NCBI GenBank assembly: GCA_024704765.1
Contig: JAKMXF010000357.1
Span: 62,001-126,000 of the forward strand
Direction: 5' to 3'
DNA from: Oopsacas minuta
Taxonomy: Eukaryota > Animalia > Porifera
Length of the DNA stretch: 64,000 bases
Shown here in pieces: positions 52,450 through 64,000 of this stretch; within the stretch, counting starts at the first letter, position 1; each line of letters opens with the position of its first letter. Under the pieces are notes generated by a model. The model was not told the DNA's origin. It saw nothing but the letters and a program-made list of their open reading frames with translations, and made no database searches. The position numbers and the translations under genes are program-made.

Positions 52450-53319
52450 TTTAAACTTTATATTTGCTCGCTCCAATCTCTAAACAGTCCAACAGAAAGG
52501 CAGATTTATCGATTGGCGCTTTGTGCAAGATTCCACTAAAAGAACCCTTGTTGATGATCGCCTTACACACTTGTGAAGTAACTCGATCGTAAGAATTGTT
52601 AGATATTAATTCTAAAGCCAGAGCAACTAGTTATTTAGGCTAGACATTTTCTCTTTCAGCTAAGAAATGAATATGGTCTAAAAGAATGATCAGTCTAGAT
52701 CTGGAAGTTTGAAGATTGCAATCAAGTAAATGCTTTCTGGAATCATGGACAATTTCTTCAGAGAAATTTCGACTTTCAGAAATAGAAACTTTACGAAAAG
52801 GTTCTAATCCAGGATCGAGTGAAATTCTCTTCTTTCTCGGAATGAAAGTTGATAGAGGTGTAGTATATGAATGGAAGGTCAAATTCTCCCAGGTCTCAAG
52901 ATCACTCTTCTTCCGTAATACTCTCTGGATGATATAAGCGACTTGAACTTATATAGAATAGTATCATGTTCTTCCTGTGAAATATTCTTATCATCAATAA
53001 GATACTGCGTAGTGGCTTTAGGGCTTTTGCCCATTGAAATATAGCTAACATATGCTTCTTTGTTGGTCACAACAGAGGCCATTACTTCACTAAGAGCTAT
53101 TATTAGACAGAAAAAGATTAAAATTATTTTCGTGCATCATCTACATTTGCATGAGGGCAAGAATATATAGAATTTACTTGAATTTCAAAATAATCCTAAA
53201 AATACATTTTTCCGATTATTTGTCCGGTCCAAGCATTGATGTACTCAAAAATATATTTGGTACAATTGCAGAATCTTACACCCCCCAACTTTTTTAATGT
53301 GGTCAAAAATCCCTATATG
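52450..53319 (-). mobile_element. RAG1-like element 3, 5' fragment only
   Basis: Translations align with 17087-17688 (TSRSRL..LL.H..FLAE, LALALELISN.SYDR.TS..C..II.KGSFSG). Subterminal TTTGTCCGG motif is shared with ~17825. Confidence 0.75.
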
Positions 53320-53637
53320 CACCGTTCAAGAACTCGTTGAGAGAAGTTGATAGAGCTAAAGAAACCCAAAATTGGATTAAAATTGACAAAGTTACGAAAA
53401 ATTTACTCTCTAAGCCAAATCCTATGGGGAAAATTGTATTACTCACTATAGTCATAGGAATGCTCATACTGTTGATATTGCGGTTATACACGCTTGTTAC
53501 TCTACTCTTTCATGCTCATCTGTTTGCTATTCAGTGTATTTCACTGCAGGTAATTCTTGTTACTTTAAAGGAAAGTTGGTTATTACATAATTCTGTCTGC
53601 AACACTAAATATACAATGCAACATTTCATTTCATATT
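53258..53637 (+). repeat. Left arm of a ~380-bp near-identical inverted duplication (partner 57089-57467)
   Basis: ORF track gives the same translations on opposite strands; ends checked by eye. Confidence 0.92.
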
Positions 53638-55027
53638 ATGCATGCAACTAAATTGCATCCTGTATGTGAAGTCGTTCAAACGTACCATACTTGCCAACTG
53701 TTCCGTTGGTTGGCGGGACACCACGATTACTCGCCCCGAATATGTGTTGACTGCCAATGAGGCTAATGTCCAGCCAAAACTTGACAAAACCCTTAATTGT
53801 CCCTCTATTTTGTAGTCCAGTCTAATACAAATATACTGCATTCGACGATGTCCCGCTCAATTAGCCCCTTCTGTCCCGCATTTTATCTTCACTCATGTTG
53901 GCAAGTATGGGGGTTGACACTTGTCCTGTAATACTCCGATAATGTTTAGCCAGTGCAGAGCAAAAGTATCAAGTTTTGGATAGCTAATATAATACGGGTG
54001 GTATTTCTTGCCTGAACCAAATGTACGGGGTCAAATGTCTATTATAGATAAACTTGAGCAAGTGTAATCAGTTTGTAACTGCAACACATTCTCATTATAA
54101 CGAAGTGTTCTGGACTGGTACGGAACCCGGTTACATTTCGTGATCTGCAGCATTAAGATATATGCGGAGTAAGATCAATACTTTCAAGCTGGAGGAGGTT
54201 TGTAAATCACTTTGTTATAGCGTGAGTTTAGTCATATAATTGATGTTAGCTTATAACGGAAGTTTACAGTACTGGGCCTTATGAGGTCGTGTAACAGGTT
54301 CGGCGGTCGCTCCGAACCAATAATTAGCAATGTATATTAATGGTGAGATGTGATGAATGCTGCAACAGTAAGTTTGTGATTCCTGCGTCCCTACAATGCC
54401 AGTATTATTAGACAGTCAACTCCGCTTAATTAGGACAAATTTAGGTAATCGAGTGAAATTAGTAACTCACTCAAGACGATTTTCTCTTGATTTAGGAAGT
54501 TGTAATAAGCTACGTACTAGGTACATCGCCTAATTTGGGATTAATGTGGCCAAATCAAATTCTATTTACTAGTTATTGTTATCGGAAGACAATATAACGA
54601 TCCGAATGAGAAAGTTATTTGATTATGGGATTATTTACATAAATTTTCTTTACAACCAACAATCACCTAAAATATGGTAAATATGCTTGAGATTAAACAT
54701 GAGAAGTGTGGTAAAAATATGTGGTTTCAGATGTAATTTCTATTGTATAGATTTGTTGATGTGTTCATAGTTATACCAGTATCTATTACATACAAAATTT
54801 AGTATAATTGGAATGCTGTTTGCTGGTTACTGAATTGAACAACAAATGGTTTAGGAAAGTGGCATGCAAACCACATGTAATTATTACCTATACTTAAAGA
54901 ATACATTCTAAACGATCATACAATGTATTTCAATCAATCTTAAGTCAAGTATAAAAGGAATATCAGGGAAATATAACTAATAAATCCTAATTATTCGAGT
55001 TGTGATATTTCTATTATAAAACCCTTA

Positions 55028-55954
55028 ATGGCAGTTGCTCCATCGTTTCAAACTCTGCTGGTTCCTATAATATTTCCAGTTATTGAAGAAATGACCTTAA
55101 AACAACTTTTTCGTAATATCACTATTGATGAAGATACTTGTATAGCATGGCTCAAAAGTAACGGACTTTTAGCTACCGGGATGATGTGCAAATGCGGTAG
55201 AATTATGAGACCCGGAACATTTTCAGATATTGCAGATGGATAGGGGTGGAGGTGCCCGGAAAAGTCATGCAAGAAATTCGCTTCGATGAGGATTGGCTCA
55301 TTCTTTGAAGGTGCTCATATACCGTTAACTGAGTTGGTAGAATTTCTCTATTTCTGGGCCGATAATCTTCAAACTACTGCCTTTTTACACAAGAATCTGG
55401 GGTGGGGAGAGCATACTATAACAGACTGGAAGAACTTCCTCAGAGACCTATGTGTTGAAGAATTTTTAGCCAATCCTCAACCAATTGGGGAAATAGATGA
55501 ATCAAAGTTTAGATATCGAAAGTATTCAAGAGGTCGTATGCTATCAGGTCAATGGGTATTTGGAGGAATAGATAGAGAGACAAAAGATATCTTTATGATA
55601 CCTGTTCAAGACAGGTCGGCTGCAACATTAGTCCCTCTCATCCAGAGATATATTCTTCCGGGCACTACCATACTTTCTGACGAATGGGCATCGTATAATT
55701 CTATCCCCGCTGCAAGTTTTCAGCATCTCACCGTCAACCATAGTCTCAATTTTGTTGACCCTACTACAGGTGTATATACGCAAACAGTTGAGAGTACATG
55801 GGGTGGTGCGAAGAAACGGCTGAGGAATTGCATGACTACTAACCCCATACTTTTAGATACCCACTTATCTGAAGTTTGTTGGCAGAAGAAATATGGAGAA
55901 GCTAGTTTCTCCAACCTTATCATGGAAATAAGGAAACAATATCCAGTTGTCTAA
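55028..55954 (+). pseudogene. Merlin/ISXO2 (IS1016-like) transposase with one in-frame stop
   Basis: N-terminal CxC...WRC zinc ribbon, EIDESKF, GQWVFGG, ILSDEWASY, HLTVNHSLNFVDP, TQTVESTW. The two ORFs are in frame across a TAG near 55241. Confidence 0.9.
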
Positions 55955-56322
55955 CTGTACCATACTTCTGCTTTGGTGTTTCTTTTGTAGCAGTACTTGT
56001 TATATTGTAGATTTGTAGTTAAAGTAGTGTATAGAAAGCTCAATACTAATTAGTTACTTCAAATATAACGACCACCCATAGTATTATATCCAGCTATGGG
56101 GGTGTCATATATTTAATATTCTGTCCACTATCATAAGTAGAAACCCATGAAAACTTTGTTCCAACATTACTAACGCACCTGGAGAGAAGCTGGATCATAA
56201 CTATGCGATTAAATAGTACATGAATTGTTTCTAACATTGATATGAACACAAACGAACGATCAAAATTGGTTTGCCTTGGCCGGAGTAATACAAATTAAAC
56301 TACCATTTTAGGAAACAGAATA

Positions 56323-57017
56323 CAGTAGAACCTCCGAGATCCGGACAGTCCCGTCCGAATAGTGTCCGGATCTCGGATTTTCATTTAGTATCAAATACAA
56401 AACGGTCAAGCCTACAAAATTTCTACTCTCTGAGATCCGGACATTATCCATTTATTTTTCACCCATAATCAGATTGAAATAAATTACTTCCAATTTCCAA
56501 TTGCTCTTTAGAGGTAGTAGATAGCACATCCTCATCAAATAATGAATAGGGAGAGTTTACAGATTTATTTTTGGAAATGGCTCTTTAGAGATTAATGAAA
56601 ATTGGCAGCAACCACATAAGTGGCTTGATGAAGATGACGATGCAGGATACTAACTTTTAGACGATGAAGAAATTATCTCAGAAGTTTTAGCTACGAATCC
56701 TGACTTTAAAGAAGACACTACTGATCCTAGACCTTGTGTAACCGCAGCACAAGCATGTGAATACCTGGAAACCGTGTTAGAATGACTAGAGTCCCAAGGG
56801 GATACCCGGATAGAACATTTGCTTCTAGTAAAGAATGGAGAAACAGGGCTGCTGAAAAACGAGTAAAAACTACTAAACAGACATCATTATTGCCTTTTTA
56901 TAGTTATTTCTTTTGTTTTATTTGTACGATTCGTGCTGAATATTTTCACTGATAATATTATTTCGTAGAAAATCATGTCCGGTCTAGGGAGGTGTCCGGA
57001 TCTCGGAGGTTTTACTG
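56323..57017 (+). mobile_element. pogo/Tigger-derived non-autonomous element
   Basis: TIR CAGTAGAACCTCCGAGATCCGGACA / TGTCCGGATCTCGGAGGTTTTACTG with TA flanks; remnant acidic C-terminus ending KQTSLLPFY. Confidence 0.85.
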
Positions 57018-57088
57018 TATATGCAAATATATGTGTCATATCGGGAATTCCATTAACTAGGTCGAATTATCGAGGTGCCATAGTATAA

Positions 57089-57467
57089 AATATGAAATGA
57101 AATGTTGCATTGTATATTTAGTGTTGCAGACAGAATTATGTAATAACCAACTTTCCTTTAAAGTAACAAGAATTACCTGCAGTGAAATACACTGAATAGC
57201 AAACAGATGAGCATGAAAGAGTAGAGTAACAAGCGTGTATAACCGCAATATCAACAGTATGAGCATTCCTATGACTATAGTGAGTAATACAATTTTCCCC
57301 ATAGGATTTGGCTTAGAGAGTAAATTTTTCGTAACTTTGTCAATTTTAATCCAATTTTGGGTTTCTTTAGCTCTATCAACTTCTCTCAACGAGTTCTTGA
57401 ACGGTGCACATAGGGATTTTTGACCACATTAAAAAAGTTGGGGGTGTAAGATTCTGCAATTGTACCA
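57089..57467 (-). repeat. Right arm of the inverted duplication
   Basis: Reverse complement of 53258-53637 with very few differences. Confidence 0.92.
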
Positions 57468-59171
57468 TATATTTGTGCACCCCGGTGCATGTCTCAAAAT
57501 TGGTGTATAATTTCAAAAAAGTAAGCACTATAAGTGATTAACAATAAATTATCGTCCTCTTTTGTCACCTGATAGATGCAGCACTCCAAACACTATATTA
57601 AAACTAAAATATTTCACTCCAGGCCTTTAAAACTAGACAGCCAACAAAATATTTTGGAAACAATGATACTTGTAATAATTGCATAAACTGATCTAATATA
57701 AGAAATACGTCAAATTGATGATTAATTACAAACGTTATACAGTATATATTTGGAAGAAAATCGTTGCTAAGGTAGTTAGGTATTTACTCTTGCGATTAGC
57801 TATTCAAAATAATCTAAAATATGCTTACTTTAGCTCGCTGTAATCGAAATTCCTATGGGTCATACATACAATCGTCAATATTTTCCTACTAATTCGACGA
57901 TGGAGATTCATAAAAACGTAGTTAAATTCGTAATTGAAATTTTGCCTAATACGCCATATCGGCACACTGTGAAACAGTTTGCTTGTGATCATAGGGTAAA
58001 TAGATAAGAAATATGAAATAACTATCGAATACGAGAAAAGCCCCACACCTGACTGAGGTACTCAACAACTTTCAGGTGAATCGATGAGAAATTGACTGAT
58101 AAATTAGGTGTTAAGTTGTGTACAAATTCCCTATAGAGATTTTGTATTACAAAATTTGCAACCTCATTGTGAGGAGAGTAGGTGTGATCAAGATTAATTA
58201 TTGAATATGAGCAAAGCTCTACACGATACTATGGTTACATCCGAGATTTCATCTCGATTAACTGAGAGGTGACTGAGATATAATGCGTTTAGTCGTCCTC
58301 AAACTTGCTGCTACAGCGCGCTGCTAACTTCACTCTCGTACCAAACAGTACACTTATATTCAGAAAGGCAATTCAAATTGGGAAAACAAAAATATACAAT
58401 AAAAGTAGAAAACTACTAGTGACCCTGGTTTTTAATCTTAGGGACGCCCTGAATATAATTATGATATATTCACAACTTGATTGTATCAAGTAATGATATA
58501 ATGTATTTGGATACTCGAGTCATGTTAATTGGTTCACCGGATCAAGAATTTATTGATCTGGATCCGGGATCCGGTGTATGCCTACTTATAAATTCCAGAA
58601 CTTTGCCTGCTAACCAGGTAGATTCAAAAACTCATTTGGATAGATCTCACTTGGTTCCAGCTAAACAATTGAGGGGAGGTTCAAGTTTACTATGTTTCTG
58701 AAATATATTTTATGCAACAACGCCAGTGAGATGTATTATGCTTACCCAACATGGATTGGGTGGAATAACATTTCAGAAATATAGCCCCACAAATCTACAA
58801 AATCATCAGCTTCCGAAAATTTTGCTTTCTTATTTTATTGTTTATAATACTATTGCATTTTAAAATCTACACGATGTTCCAGAAACCCAAGGAAAATTCA
58901 AAAGATCCCACCACTTTAACATTTTTCAGCTGTTTACAGTATATGTATCCCTTGGGGTTTGAGAAATACTCTCGGTTGTTTATTCAGATTCATTTTCAGG
59001 TAGGGCTAACCCCCCTCTGAGGGTGGATAGATGGAACACTGTGTTCCACACGACGAGATCGTGAGAGTTGAGAGCTGCTATGGAAATCCAAAAATACATT
59101 CAAACTAATTTTCAAGACATTTTATTTTTTCTTTCTCTACTTTAGCAAATTACATGCTATTGAAAGAACTC

Positions 59172-61688
59172 CACAGTGGCTTAGTAGTGAAGAATTAAGA
59201 AAATTTTATCTTAATGCTTTCATTCCCTTATGGTTTCATTTTGTTTCTAAACATTCAAGTAGCATCCATTCCAATTTTCGAATCATTTGGGAGCCTATTA
59301 GTTATGTAAATTTGAATCGAAACTTTGTGGTTTTTGATGCTGAAATGATCTTTTCGGAGAATTCAAAATATAAAAGATTTTCCCAGAGATTCTGATTCTT
59401 TATAGAATACATTAGCGATCTATTGTTTCATCTATTCTAGACAATTTTGCTTGCTGATATCAAATTTTGTATCAGATATATCTAAACTGTGTACTTTTCA
59501 TGTGAAGGGTTGTTGTACTCAGGGTAAAAAATGAATCTCATTTTTCCAAGCACAAAATTTTAAGAGTCTGAAAAGACAAAGTCAAGGAACGTCAAAGCGA
59601 AAATAATACCAGTTGTTGTTTACAATTTTTACTATGTTATATGAAGATGACAGGCACCGAAACGGTGCGCAACTTTGATTTTTTTGTCGCATTCCATTGT
59701 CTGTAATCGTTGCTATGGAAATTCCTGAAGTGATATCTGTAACTAAGTAATTGAATACCCATCTAATCTTAATTATTCTTGGGAATTACTGTACAAAATT
59801 AAACATATAAATGTGTGTATATACGTGTACTTATGTTTTCAATCATACACCTTTATTTCTCATAGATAATTTATCCGTGATCAATGGCTGAACCAATTGC
59901 TCCGATGACTTCCCTCGAATCCCGTCTCGATTTAGCGAGAATCCTGAAAGCAAATAGCGATTGCGTCCAAACAACTCTCTGTTATCTTAGCAATCTCCAT
60001 TGATTAGACCATGCCAGACAGGCTAAACTTGAATTGATTCTACCTAGAATACGAGATATGATTAGAACTTCAAAAAAATCACTTGAATCTTTGTATGGAG
60101 ATTGGTGGCATTCTGAAATTTGCTCAGAATTAATTATAGCTTCACAAGCCCCCCAAAAGCTAAGTCGGTGCGCCAAAAGAAAGAACTTATCAATCTTTCA
60201 CTGCCACATTAGCGTTCCCGGATCTCTAGTGTCCTTGAGTCTATCAGGTCCATCTCGGTAATCAAAAAAACTTTTGAAATTACAATTGCAGCTCCTGCTT
60301 TGCAATTGTTGTGCAATGAGGAAGACAATCGAGAAGTTGCAAGGGTATCTAAATCAATTGTTCAAGGAAAATTCTCTGGTCAACTCGGGCGTGCATCCAA
60401 AAGTAAAGAATTGGATGTGGACAAGGCATTATTTCTTTTGGATCTATTAGACATTGGGAAGAGTAAGTATACTCTACTACGACAACTTTTGTTATCTAAT
60501 GAAATTCACTTCCCTACATATCAGAGGGTGGCCGATCATAGAAATAATTATGTACTACGAAGTATGATTCAACTATACCCGAATCCTACAGCCCCAGTTG
60601 GGGTATGTGTGCCACACGCTCAATTTGTCTACCATACATTTTGGTGAATTATGTCCACTCTACCGTCCCCTTCAAATGAGAATTTTCCTCTCCGATTTCA
60701 GATTGCTGATGGTTTAGACGGATCTGGAAAGCATACCGTATATAATCAACCGAATACGAATAGGTCTACCAAATCACAACTGCCCGAATTCTCCATTCCC
60801 CCAACTTCCGATTTTCCTTCTTGCTGCCATAGAAATCATGACAATATTCGCCAATTTATGAAAGATATCATCAATCCTGAAACAGATCAAATGAAGGACC
60901 AAGGTTTCTATTTTGCCGATGATAAACATATATTTGTCGATGCTGTCCGATCAATGCTTGATGGTAAAATGGCAAGTATTCTCTCAGGAACAGGAGGTGT
61001 AAGGTGCCAACTATGTACTGCACGCAGAGAGAACTAAAAGATCGTGATTAAATTTTGCAAGGTTATCCCATCAATAGAAACATTTTGCCCGAAGAGCTAA
61101 GTGCTGTAGACATACTGCAGCAGATTTATTGGATTCATCTATTGATAATATGGTTAAGGGCCTTATTGTTGATATGATATTGCAACAAAGTAGTTTGTAG
61201 AATGTTAGTGAATGAATAATACAAATAAAACATCCCTTAATACTATTGCTTATTGTTTTTATCCAGAAATTGTTGGAATTGATACATATATATATTAGCA
61301 AAAGAGATATTAATAAATTCTATAAACGCTTTTAGAAGTATGAAGTACTAAAGCAAAAATTATGAAAAACATGTGTATGACGTCATTTTATAAAAATTAT
61401 GAGTAATTTTGTATTTCTAACAGTTGTAATTGCTTCCATGGATATGATATACTATACCCAAATAATACAATTTATAGGCTAAAATTGTTATACAATCAGA
61501 TATTAAAGAAAACAAAATTCAGCATAAAGCTATGACGTCAGAACATGAGATATAGAAACCTTATAAAAATTTTGAATGCATCAAATGATTCCTAGCATAT
61601 GATAACCTATATGCTGATAATACATTATATATGTCTATTTCAAATGAAAATACCCATTCTTTACTAACTCCTATTTTAAGCCATTGTG
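59172..61688 (+). mobile_element. RAG1-core-like (Transib-type) element 4, internally deleted, both termini present
   Basis: CACAGTGGCTTA (59172) / TAAGCCATTGTG (61677-61688), 11/12; 5-bp flanks AACTC / AATTC. ADGLDGSG, SMLDGKM, CQLC; no E962-type region found. Confidence 0.85.
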
Positions 61689-61732
61689 AATTCTGCTTTA
61701 GGAATTTCCTAGATGACAACAAGGGACCCTAC

Positions 61733-62169
61733 TAAGGCATTAGTCAATTGTGTTAAACAAGATCACTATTCCGATCCAGATCTTAGCTGAAATTATGATC
61801 AGCAATCCCGATAAAGATCCTTATTTCTAAAACGATCGCGATTCCGATCGTTTGAGTACATTCATGATTTATATTTTTGATAGTTACGTCATTTCTTATG
61901 CCACAAGAATATAGGTGGAGAATCAACGCATTCTACGAACGTATATTACTGATTGTTGAACACAAATTTGGGACAATTACTTAAGTATGCTAACGTAATG
62001 ATAGTAGCATTCAAAGTATACAAAAATGACCGAAAATTTTCGTGCAAAAAGGATCGCAATCTTACATCTGATCCTTAATGAAACAATGATCGCCGATCGT
62101 CGCTAGATCGTCAAAATAGTATCGCGATCGTGATCGAGCGATCAATGATGGTACGATCCTAATGCCCTA
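61733..62169. mobile_element. hAT MITE with GATC-rich subterminal regions
   Basis: TIR TA(A/G)GGCATTAG; perfect 8-bp TSD GACCCTAC (61725-61732, 62170-62177). Confidence 0.9.
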
Positions 62170-62311
62170 GACCCTACCTAGGCATGACGGGATCCTAGTC
62201 AGGATCTGATGCACCAATTATGAACTTGAGTATCCAAACGTTTTTCAAATCACCGAAATTCTGAATGTATCATAAATATATTATCTTAATACCATATATT
62301 TAAAAATGAGT

Positions 62312-62323
62312 AGCGCATGCGCT
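62312..62323. promoter_or_regulatory. Perfect palindrome AGCGCATGCGCT (NRF1-type core GCGCATGCGC)
   Basis: Directly visible ~225 bp upstream of the ATG at 62546; function is inferred. Confidence 0.5.
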
Positions 62324-62545
62324 GCATTAATATATAATTGGAATTTTGGAAAAAAGTAGCCTCTCAAATTACATCCTATTATAGTGTAATTAAATCCGCA
62401 GGTACTGATATTTAGTTTTGAGTTTTGTTACTTATTTCTACTTCCTTTATTAGCAAAATCCCTAAATATGTTTCCCAATTAACTTTATACTTTACTCAAT
62501 TAGTGTTTCCTCTTGATTTCCATTCTGTACCCTTGATTAGCCAAA

Positions 62546-64000
62546 ATGCCAACGATACCCAAATTGACAAAGTCTAATGCTATAATGGTACTGACAGACA
62601 TATTGTCTGAGTTTCGTTCAGTAACAGGTGAATATGCCGGAGCTGTATTTTCATGGCATGGAAAGCTTGGCTCTTTGGGTCCAGAGAAATTTCAAACCTA
62701 TATCACTGGGAATAGCGATGAAATATCAAGAACTCTATTGACTAACCAAATATCTACAAGTACGTCAGCGTCATCAAAGCCTGTGCGTGATCACGAAATC
62801 CTCAAGCTATTAGATGGAGATATATCTGGCTATAATGTACAGGGACTGCGAAGACTTGTTTCTGCGATTATAGAAGTGTCAACTGGTAAGTCAACGGTGT
62901 GAATTTATATAATTATATGGGTCACTGATTTTATATCTCTGTATTTTAGGGAAAGGTATGTTTTTTTTGGAATGATCCTTCCCTCAAACCACCTTTTTGG
63001 CCCGAAAGAGTCCCTTTCGAAAACATAAAAAGCGCATGTAAGATTCATCTGCGTATGATAATAGAATCATATAAGAATTAATCTATGAAAGCGCGAGTTT
63101 CAGCTCGCCCTCAATCTCAGAAGTCTCCAAGCTCTTCTCAAGCATCGCGACATGATATCTACCGTGACCGATCTAGATCTCCTCTTGATTTCGCTAGAGA
63201 TGTACTATACCAAGAGTCTGATGTAGATACTAGTGATGATTCCTTCGATGAGGTTTTTCAGCAACCCGTTATCACTTCGAACAAACCTATTTCAGATCCT
63301 CAAACACCCACCCCAACATCCAGTCTGGTGACATTACTCGGAGTTAAGCCATTGGATCCTATTCAAATAATCACTCCTCCCATTAGTTTAAATGAGAAAA
63401 ACTTGTCAATTTCCGAATTGTCAAGTCGTAATACTTTTCTAACAGGCATCACCATTAATGCATTCTGTGTAAGTTTATCATACATTGAAATTCAATCCGT
63501 TTTCTTAGCAAATATTCTCATACCATATATGTATTTGTAGACATTACTGAAGAAGAATTTCCCCCATTTACACGGACTTCAGGACACTATTCTTTCCGAA
63601 GTGAGTTTCTCGGTTTAAATTTTTGAATTATAAATCAATATTTGATATTCAATTAATTATTAGAATAGTCAATTCGTGAAAGCTCCTCGTCCTAGTATAC
63701 AGCTGCATCACGATGGCGCACTTCACTGGGTTTGCTCCAGTATTGATGTTAAAGGGCATGTAACTTTATATGATTCACTATCTACTGGGAGAATATCTGG
63801 TGAATTAGCTGTGCAATTGGCATTTCTACATGGGAATGATGCTGATCATGAGCTGAAAGTCGCCCTTGCTCCTATTCAGCAGCAAAGAGGTGGGGCGGAT
63901 TGTGGTTTATTTGCAGCTGCAGTCTGTTTGACAATAGCAACGGGAGGCAACCCAACCCAAGTATACTGGAAACAGTCAAGAATGAGATCTCACCTAACTG
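62546..64000 (+). pseudogene. Spliced gene: NRF1/Ewg-like DNA-binding domain, S/P-rich linker, Ulp1/C48-like cysteine protease; runs off the window; three apparent lesions
   Basis: GT-AG introns at 62886-62949, 63469-63540 and 63601-63663. STGKGMFFWNDPSLKPPFWPERVPFENIK versus recalled NRF1 STGRGKPGWGKESCKPIWWPEDIPWANVR. Last exon has HW...YDS...QQRGGADCG. Confidence 0.75.

Noticed and set aside
53337-53651. 104-aa hydrophobic ORF present twice as a small membrane protein gene
   Set aside because: It lies in the inverted-duplication arms, has an alternative start codon, diverges at the arm boundary and has no recognisable family.
53900-56110. TIRs for the Merlin element
   Set aside because: TATGGGGG motifs at ~53907 and ~56096 are in direct orientation; no convincing inverted pair with TSD found.
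58477-58701. 74-aa ORF as a host exon
   Set aside because: No recognisable motif or clear splice context.

Overview
AT-rich eukaryotic (invertebrate-animal-like) genomic window, probably more than half DNA-transposon debris: hAT, P/THAP, MULE, Tc1/mariner/pogo, Merlin/ISXO2, many MITEs/foldbacks and four RAG1-core-like (Transib-type) elements. Two recognisable host genes: an intronless twinfilin (27856-28953, -) and cystinosin (48329-49417, -). At the right edge is a spliced, lesion-bearing gene fusing an NRF1/Ewg-like DNA-binding domain to a Ulp1/C48-type cysteine protease, with a perfect NRF1-type palindrome about 225 bp upstream. The main structural observation is deep nesting: a P/THAP element (11845-45879) is split by a hAT element (12830-44682, near-perfect 8-bp TSD). 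That hAT is split by a ~29.9-kb block (14696-44602) carrying the intact twinfilin gene and two of the RAG1-like elements. Two RAG1-like elements have both RSS-heptamer-like termini (CACAGTG/CACAATG) and target duplications; for one the pre-insertion site is visible elsewhere in the window. No rRNA, tRNA or CRISPR seen. All family calls come from motif recall and manual alignment, not database searches.
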